Shown here piece after piece: positions 33,858-41,350 of a DNA stretch of 41,350 bases; position 1 is the stretch's first letter; each line of letters opens with the position of its first letter. Location: contig NW_024705476.1 of NCBI RefSeq assembly GCF_018977255.1, positions 1-41,350 of the forward strand, written 5' to 3'. The notes below the pieces were generated by a model that worked only from the letters and a program-made list of their open reading frames with translations, was not told where the DNA came from and ran no database searches. The position numbers were made by a program, and so were the translations under genes. The stretch comes from Callorhinchus milii. Lineage: Eukaryota.

Positions 33858-34270
33858 ACTCTTAGGTCTTTCGGTAAAGTCACGAAGGTAAAAAATAAAT
33901 AATAATACAAATTGAATTGAAATAATAATAGAAATAAAATAATAAATCACGACGTTTCAGAGGCAACACAAGTCTCCGTCATCAGGTGGGACCGTCACAG
34001 CCAGATTTACTGTCTCAAGTGAGGCAAAATTCCAAGAGTCAAGCTCTTAAATACAAGTTTAAGGGGGGAGGGAAGGGGGAGGGGGTTATCTAAATGTGGA
34101 AGCCAATGAGTGGAACGTGTTAGGGGGGGGCTAAAAGAGAAGAGTTGGTGCATCTTGTTGATGTTTTAGCGTTAGGAGAAGTGACAGCAGCAGATGTGAG
34201 TGTATATATTTACACGATCTAACCAAAGTAATAATAAAGAACATTTGCTTATGTGTCAGTTTAAGGCCAC
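33858..34270 (-). mobile_element. Penelope terminal repeat (pLTR) of a second subfamily
   Basis: Contains a hammerhead and the tail CGTGACTTTACCGAAAGACCTAAGAGTATGAA, matching the copy at 41055-41150. Confidence 0.7.
33948..33988 (-). ncRNA. Minimal type I hammerhead ribozyme
   Basis: CAC-CUGAUGA-C-GGAGAC-UUGUGUU-GCCUCU-GAAA-CGUC-GUG. Confidence 0.8.
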
Positions 34271-34439
34271 ACGGGGGGGGGCGGGGGGGAAGCTTTGGCA
34301 CTGTGTGACTAGGAATGACATCACCGCATTCCTCAAACAGATGACGGTGAGCTACCTGGCGGTGACGTCATGAGGGGGGGGTGTAATGGGGGGGGGGGGA
34401 TTGTGACCAACTCCAAAGACAAAGCCCCCCCCCCCCCCA

Positions 34440-34553
34440 TGTAGCCTATGGCAGGGTTGTAGGGGCAAGTACTGTCAGTAGGAGCGAGTCGCAGTAGCGC
34501 CCTGGAAAGCCGGCAAGTGTGGCATGCGAGGGAGGGGGTGGCCAGCACGCCAC
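34440..34553 (-). mobile_element. SINE 3' fragment related to 38505-38787
   Basis: Reverse complement GTGCTGGCCACCCC...GTACTTGCCCCTACAACCCTGCCATAGGCTA. Confidence 0.6.
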
Positions 34554-34880
34554 ACTTGAATAATAGTGTTGTAGTGTACAGTGCAGTGTATAGTGTATGG
34601 CCGTAGAGAGTCGCCGTGCAGCAGCAGTAGCAGCGGCTCTGTGCCTGAGACGTTTCGCGGAGTGACCTCGCTCAGTGTGCCCGCTGGCGTCACGGGCTGA
34701 GCTACTGCGACCTCTTCCACTTTCACCCTCCGACCTGCAAAGCGCAGTGTTTATTTGTTCATAAACGGTTTTAACCGGTTAACCCACATCCTCTATGACG
34801 GGGGTTTTCATTCCGGAGGCCAAATTGTTAAGTTCTCGTTCTGAAGAAATTACTTCAGCATTTTCCTGCTGTGGTTGTCC

Positions 34881-34921
34881 CACCTGATGAAGATCGCTTG
34901 TGTTGCGATCGAAACGTCGTG
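34881..34921 (+). ncRNA. Minimal type I hammerhead ribozyme, intact, in a pLTR fragment (~34740-34975)
   Basis: CAC-CUGAUGA-A-GAUCGC-UUGUGUU-GCGAUC-GAAA-CGUC-GUG; perfect 6-bp stem II; predicted cleavage after C34918. Confidence 0.88.
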
Positions 34922-35782
34922 ATTTGTTTTATTTCTACCTACGTGACTTCACCGAAAGAAACAAAGAGTATTAAACTGGGTTCTTCGCTACAGTAAAGAT
35001 TTATTTTCTCCACAAAACTCGTGATAATTTCGTGATAATTAACGTTGGTTATTTTATTCGCAAACGTTGCCTCAGTTTAGCCCCAATGGGCAAGTTACGC
35101 GGCGAGTGCGAGCGCAGAGGGCGTCTCTACGGTGTCGTCTCGCAGCCTCCGAGCTCCAAGGAAGCGAGGCGCTGCCGCCTGGAGCAGCGACAGAGCCGCG
35201 AGTGGCGGAGACGGAGCGGGGCGAAGGGGCAGCCCGCAAGCGCTCGCTCGGCCACCGCTGGCAGAAGGAGCTCCGCCGGGCAGAGAGAGCCCCTCCAGGT
35301 GGCGCTGGGGTCGACTCTGCCATGCCGGCCAGCAGGCGTTGGGAGAGGTGGATGTACCCACACTTTACCCCACCACACGCGATCTGCCGAGTGCGGACTA
35401 ACTGTGGTGAACCCCATTCGTAGCGCAGGGTGGACAGGTTCTGCGTGAGTTGCATTGAAGACGCTCGTCTCGTTGTCTTAACTGCCACGCTGGGAGACAG
35501 AACCGTTCAGTTCACTAAACCATTCGGCTACCGATGGTCGAGTCACATTTTATGCCCCCCCACCACCCACTCAATGATATTTGGGACACGGTATATCCAC
35601 ATATATACTATATAGGGTACACACTGTGATAACAAAATAACAAGCGGGAGATTATTCAGAATGGAAATAACCTTTCGGAAGAGTCTTCTGACCAATAACA
35701 CGAATGGAGAACGGGTCCGTACCTTCCAAATGTCATTCTTCACGAGAAAATACTTCTTACATTTCTGGAATATCTATATTAT

Positions 35783-35858
35783 GAGTGTTGAGTCTATGGG
35801 TGACAGTGCTGACTTTATGGGTGGCAGTGTTGAGTCTATGGATGGCACTGTTGAGTCA
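35783..35858. repeat. 21-bp minisatellite (CAGTGTTGAGTCTATGGGTGG), ~3.5 units; inverted degenerate copies at ~36523-36585
   Basis: Read directly from the sequence. Confidence 0.75.
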
Positions 35859-36651
35859 GGTGGTGCGATCTAACCCACAAATGTTTTATCATGGATAATA
35901 TTGGTCGCGAAAGCCTATGTGTTCAACTCATTTCTTTCAGAACTGCTTTTTGTATTTAGGTGTTGTCCTTCTCCCGCACCTCTGATAAGCACGGTTGGCT
36001 ATGTACAGTGTGAAAGAAGTTCAACACCTATGCATGTGTAGTGTCGTCTGTGCACAGTCAGCCGAGCTCACGCCACCACTCGGGCTCCCTCTCTCTCTCA
36101 CACACGACCCCTCTTCCGCGTGCCCCGTCTCAGACATGACCCTGTCCACGTTACACTGGTGGCGTTGACCGAGACAGCCAAATACTGTCTGGCGACGCAA
36201 TGATTGGGCGAAGGCGGTAACAATGAGGGCGGTGACGACGACAGCGACGACGAGACAAGTCTAATCCCAGAACCGGCAGCCAGATCTCTCGCTCTCCGCT
36301 GCTTATATTCCCCTCGTCGCAGCTTGGCTCCACCCTAGCCGCGTCCCCTTCTCGAACCCTCCAGAGGGTTCCAGGGGCTTCCACATGAGGTCTACCATGA
36401 CCCTTGCCCCATTTCCTCCGCCCTGTCGGCATACTCCCGTATATAGTCAGCGGCGTGTGTGCTAAGTGCCCACCTGCAGTTGCTGCTGCTGTCCAACAGT
36501 CAGCCCTATGTCACTACACATGCATAGACTCAACACCGCACATAGACTTAACATTGGCCATACTGCCCATGGAGTCAACACTGACGCAGCAACATCCTGC
36601 ATCACATTGGAACCGTGTAGTTTGCTGTGCTGCCCTCTCTGCCCTATGAAA

Positions 36652-37135
36652 ATGAGTGGGTCAGTGAGTGCGTGAGTGTGTAGGTGAGTGAATAGTGAGT
36701 TTGTGGGTGTGTTAGTGGGTTACTGAGTGAGTTGTGGTGACCTACAGTGTGGTGGTTGACAGTGTGGGTAAGACAGTCAGTGTCTGGTAGATAGGTGGCC
36801 GGGGGGGATCAACAAAGGGAGTTTAGAGGCCACTGTGACCATGTTCCTAGCAAGAAAAAAGTGATAAGGAGGAGAGTGAGCGAGTGATTGGAATAAAATC
36901 AGTGAGCGCTGGATCAAAAATCAACCTGGAAACTGCTTTACTCTGAATTGTATGGGTGAATAAGTGGGTGAGCTAATGAGGCTGGGTGAATGAATAAATG
37001 CAGGGTGAATGAATAAGTGCTGGGTAAATTATGAATGGGAAATGATAAGTGTCTGGCTGAGTAAGTGGCTGGCTGCACGAATGACTGGCTGAGTGAGTCA
37101 GCGAGTGACTTGAGTAAATCACTGAGTGCTGAATA
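36652..37135. repeat. Degenerate (GTGA)n/(GTGG)n low-complexity tracts
   Basis: Recurrent GTGAGTG/GGGTGAAT motifs. Confidence 0.6.
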
Positions 37136-37257
37136 ATTGGTCACCCCGACTGCTGCTCCCATCTGAATTCTACTATGTGTAGCAATGTGGTCGCAACTGG
37201 TAGGTCCTGCTGCTTGCTGCTCCACCACTCGAGATACGGTGACAGCAGCAGCAGGAT

Positions 37258-37620
37258 TCCATCTTCGGCCGAATTATTCCGTTTTGTGTGGCTGCCTAAT
37301 ATTGGAAGGAAGAGCATTCCAGATGGCCGCAGAAGCATATCTGAAAGCGTCCGATGCGGTCACCGTCTTTGCCCAATGGTAAGCCAAAATCCACTGCAAG
37401 GATGACCGGAGTCTGCTCCTTAAGGAAATTGCCGAGCTATTGTGGTTCATTTGTGGGAAGCACTTTGTTTGTGTAATGAGTGCGACCTTATAATGTACTC
37501 ATTTGGCAACTGGAAGACAATGCAGCTCAGCGAGCACTGGAAAGACACGGTCGGATCTTGCAGTACCCATTACACTATGAAATCAGCGACCCGATGTCTA
37601 TTACAGCTCACGGCCAACAC
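37258..37620 (-). mobile_element. L2/CR1-group LINE ORF2 C-terminal fragment (decayed)
   Basis: Manual translation DRVFPVLAELHCLPVAK*VHYKVALIT...RLRSS...DAFRYASAAIWNALPSNIR resembles the L2 'PVL..LHWLPV..RI.YK' and 'AF....P.LWN.LP..IR' motifs. Confidence 0.72.
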
Positions 37621-37632
37621 GATTATTTGAAC

Positions 37633-37820
37633 CCTAGGTAGACTCAGCCTCAAATGAGTACCTGGTGTGGTGTCCAAACATGGCCACTGGAGTACAAAGG
37701 CGGTCGGGCGTGGTGTTGGCCACCCACCCTTGTGTGCCTTCCCGGCCTTCACAGGTGCTGCTTGCAAAGAGTACTTGCCCTTACAATCTGTATATAGGCA
37801 ATATCGGGGATCTTTGTCTT
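37633..37820 (+). mobile_element. 5'-truncated SINE (core and tail) related to 38505-38787
   Basis: CCTAGGTAGACTCAGCCTCAAATGAGTAC...AAAGGCGGTCGGGCGTGGTGTTGGCCACCCACCC...ACTTGCCCTTACAATCTGTA. Confidence 0.75.
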
Positions 37821-38124
37821 TGGACAGATCGTGTACGCAAGCCTTCAAATGGAGCGTCTACCGCCTTGTACGCAGCCTCGCCGACCTCCCGAGAAGACGT
37901 CACGGTGTACGTGACCATCGCGGCATTCAGTGGGGAGAACGAACTTCCAGACTGAAGGGAGTCACGAGAATAAACAACAGCAGCAGCAAAGTTGGACAAT
38001 GCCTTAACCACCAAACTGAACTTTTATTTACCAAGAAGGCCCACTGAGCTATATAGATAGCTCCTTTTCAGAAGCGACCTGCCCACAAATGACAACTCAA
38101 CGAAGTGGCTTATTAAGTGGAAAT

Positions 38125-38313
38125 GTATTGCAGCCAAACTAAACGCATGTTTATGAATGTGGAGGGAAAAACCAGAGGACCGGAGAAAAATCCATGCGAC
38201 CACGCTGAGAACATGCACACTCCAAATATACAGCAGGCGTCAGTGTCGGGATCGAACCCACGACCTCCTGTAGACCACGTGAGTTTGTTAATATCTCCTA
38301 ACCACCACGGCAG
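38125..38313 (-). mobile_element. V-SINE fragment (tRNA-derived head and V domain)
   Basis: Box B GGTTCGATCCC followed by TGGAGTGTGCATGTTCTC..CGTGG..GCATGGATTTTTCTCCGG....CTGGTTTTTCCCTCCACA....AAACATGC, matching the V-domain pattern. Confidence 0.75.
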
Positions 38314-38504
38314 GAAGAAGAACGACAATCTGCTGCCTAACGTCTGTCAATAGACTGGCCAGGGGAGGCTCTCATCCCCATGCGGCCTGTTATGCACCAT
38401 AATTCAAAGCTGTTCAACACGGGGTTTGGTGGAAGACTGGGAGGTGTCCACCACTGGTGTTGGAATGTCATCAGCGATAGCCTTCTGACCTGTGTGTGTA
38501 TGTA

Positions 38505-38787
38505 GGGAGCGGTAGTGTAGCGGTTAGCGCGCTGCGCTATGAACCTGGCCACCCGGGTTTGATTCCCGATCACAGCCAATACCTGTAACGATTCATCTGA
38601 ACCGGTCCTGGGCCTTCCTAGGTCGACTCAGCCTCAAAACGAGTACAACGCCACCTGGGAGACAAAAGCGGCCGGACGTGGTGCTGGCCACCCACCCCAT
38701 TGTGTACCGTGTGTGCTTTCATTAGGTGCTCGTTAACAGCACTTGCCCCAAAAGTCTGTAAGGCTATTCGGGGCATGTGTATCCTTG
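38505..38787 (+). mobile_element. tRNA-derived SINE with a conserved central core
   Basis: Box A TAGTGTAGCGG (38513-38523), box B GGTTTGATTCC (38556-38566), then core GTCGACTCAGCCTCAAAACGAGTAC...AAAGCGGCCGGACGTGGTGCTGGCCAC. Confidence 0.8.
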
Positions 38788-38844
38788 TTTGAAATCATGA
38801 ATTAGTATCATAAAAATATCTGTAATGTATTAAATCACTTTTTT

Positions 38845-38923
38845 TACGGGAGTCCCTAACTTTCGAATGGGTTCCATTCGTGAGGAGCCTTGCGTAAGTC
38901 GAACGGTTCATACGTCGGGACAC
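38845..38923. mobile_element. Tigger/pogo-like MITE end (decayed)
   Basis: TA-CGGGAGTCCCTAACTTTCGAATGGGTTCCATTC...CGTAAGTCGAAC resembles Tigger-type termini. Confidence 0.4.
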
Positions 38924-39479
38924 AAGAATGTGGTGCTGTATTTACATGTGCATACGGTCAATGTTATAAATATGTTACGATTCAACAAAAGGGAAGCATT
39001 ATTAAACTCATAAATGAGAAGAAATGTACATTTGCATGTAATACTGTAATAAATACTGTTCCTTGACAACTTTAAAATCTCACTTTAGGGAAATAACAGT
39101 TTCAATCAATATCAATAGGTCATACAATCCATTTGTAGTTTCTGTCCAGTAACAGTATTTGTAACCTTAGTATTTTGCCATTCATAATAATGATTTTTGG
39201 GTTAAATTGCGTAAATACAAATGTATTGTGAACCCACCACCACTCGACACAGCCAATCAGTAAGGGTTGTCACGTGAATAAAACGTGCAAATGAGCTACT
39301 ACTTCAGCACATCGGTGTGATGGAGAGTAAACCCACAACATTTACAATTGAGTATAACGGTGGTTACAGCCAGCTTCATCAGGCGATTTGCCGTAATTTT
39401 AAAGTCTTCCGGTCCCGGTCTTAAATAGATCAAGGTGATGTCAAACTGTGAGCCTATTTTGTGCGTGTCCTACTGTGGC

Positions 39480-39640
39480 CCATGGAATCAGGCACTGGGA
39501 GATCCACAGCAAAGCTAATAGACACCGTGTAACAATGTGGGTGTCCAGAATAAACACCTCATTCGAGACCCAAACATCACACCTCCAGTCTTTAACATTC
39601 CTCGAAGACTCTGGTGTCACAATTATAAACTGCATTAGAA
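39480..39640 (-). mobile_element. Possible highly decayed LINE RT fragment
   Basis: Weak resemblance of NVKD.GV.F...LDTHI to the CR1/L2 'VKDLGV..D..L.F..HI' motif, requiring frameshifts. Confidence 0.25.
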
Positions 39641-40949
39641 CATCAACAGCAGGTCAATGTGCACACCACTTTCATGATTGGAAACTTTAAGATAAGCCCA
39701 GTAGTGCGATTGTGGCCATGCAACCCAAATTATCGCCCACATAGTAAACCACTGTCGTGTGTGCTTCTTCAATGGAGGAGGCTGAATATCATAATTACAT
39801 CAACTCTCTCCTGAAGCCTCTCGTCGTCGCCAGCAGACCTCGACATTGACATTAGGCCCCTGAACGATATTGCCAGCATGTGCAAGAATATAAGAGAAAC
39901 TGACTTGGATTTTTGTCGATTGTGACCAGTTTATTCTGATCCCAAACAAGAAACATTTTCAAGTCAGTGGTGAATAATAATGAATTATCTGCAGCTTGAA
40001 AAAAAATGTATGTTACTTTCACTTCGTTATTTCAATTAGGATGATGCATGCAGTTTACTGATAATGTAAAGGAGTGGATCATATTGTGTCTAGAAATAAA
40101 AGTAATTATTAACTGCGAATAGGGTGATGGCGATTTGATGATTGGTTAACGAGTCGCACAGATACTCAAAAAGTGGTTATTATGTGATCTATGCTTTCAG
40201 ACTGGTAATGCAGTCACACTCTGGCCTATATATGAAAAATATTAGTGCTCTGCTGCTGCTGAACTTAAGGCCGGCTTTGGGGTGACATGGGTTAAAATTA
40301 ATCCAGAGCCAAGCCGCAAATAAAAATACAGCCCGTCTATGACATTGTGGGGTGGTGGCGAGGGGTGAGTGAGGAGGGTGATGAGGGATGAGGAGGGGTG
40401 GTGGGGGAGCGATAATAGTGGAGGGTGGAGGTGAATGTTGGAGGGGTGTTGGGGGATGGTCTGGCCGATGTTCCGCTTGGACCTTTGCACTCAAGCAATG
40501 CAATCACTGTTTTTTTATTGGTTTGGCTCTGAGCTTGGTCCCAGCCATGATTTATGCTCTTCGAAGGAATATGGTTTTTCTTTCAGAATAATTATTTCAA
40601 CCGATAATGCGAACAGAGTTCACTCCCTTTCAAAGAGCGAGAACGACTCGGATGCGTGAGGCGGCACCACAGGCAAGATGGAAGGCAGCCACGCAGTGAG
40701 CCAGTGCCATAAATTGGACAATATTTGCGGTCCTCTATATACTAACGTGTTATAGGTAAATTAATAAGTGTTTGCATCTCGGAATAAAATCACACATGCG
40801 AGGGGGAAACGCCTTACCCCATACAAACTGAACAGGTGGAGTCCACGTTTGTTTTGCACTGCCATCTCCTGGTAAGTCTGAGTATGGTTCCTTAACGGCC
40901 ACAGGAGAGAGTTTGACAACATTATGTGCGACCCACCAACCCTTACTGT

Positions 40950-41184
40950 ACTCTTAGGTTTTTTCGATAAAGTAACGTAGGTAAAAAATAAAATTAAAAT
41001 TAATAAAAGTAAAATAAAAATCACGACGTTTCGGAGGCAACACAAGCTTCCGTCTGTTGCCTCCGAAACGTCGTGATTTTATTAACTTTTATTAATTGTA
41101 ATTTTATTTTTTACCAACGTGACTTTACCGAAAAAACCTAAGAGTATGAATCCTTGCAGTCACGAAAGCTTCAAATCTAGAATT
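40950..41184 (+). mobile_element. Short Penelope insertion: inverted pair of truncated pLTRs with a 12-bp TSD
   Basis: Arms 40949-41042 and 41055-41146 are reverse complements. AACCCTTACTGT flanks at 40938-40949 and 41185-41196. Both arms carry only the 3' part of the hammerhead. Confidence 0.85.
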
Positions 41185-41350
41185 AACCCTTACTGTGTCC
41201 CTCGTGCTGCAGTCCATGCGTGTGCCACCACGCGCCTTTTTTGAGAGAGATCATGGAGACGGTGCTTATTCAAGAATATGTATTTTGGGTTATTATACAT
41301 TCTGGAAGACATGGAATGGTCTCATGGCTATTTTTTTTATTCAGAACGAT

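Noticed and set aside
35032..35488. GC-rich overlapping ORFs as a host exon
   Set aside because: Open in many frames, with no recognisable domain or convincing splice structure.
38505..38580. tRNA gene
   Set aside because: A and B boxes are present but the cloverleaf is imperfect and it continues into a SINE core; it is a SINE head.

Overview
Repeat-rich eukaryotic (animal) genomic DNA with no recognisable host gene. V-SINE, L2 and Penelope/hammerhead content suggests an aquatic vertebrate or chordate, possibly lamprey-like (inference only). The main structure is a 26.9-kb head-to-tail array (3299-30180, minus strand) of a gag-only LTR retroelement: five ~2.6-2.8-kb LTRs (TGTTG...CAACA) alternate with four ~3.2-3.5-kb internal regions, so neighbouring units share an LTR. 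Each internal region has a tRNA-Pro-like PBS, a single Gag-like ORF (922 aa in the intact unit, with a capsid-like core and a 51-aa tandem repeat but no CCHC knuckle), no RT, RNase H, integrase or env, and a PPT preceded by a hairpin. The array ends share no target-site duplication, and the middle unit looks under-polished. Left of the array are a related diverged LTR and another LTR-like piece. Right of it are a Harbinger-like transposon end, a decayed Penelope-like RT/GIY-YIG element interrupted by a solo LTR, several Penelope-type minimal hammerhead ribozymes, a TSD-flanked inverted Penelope terminus, SINEs and LINE fragments.
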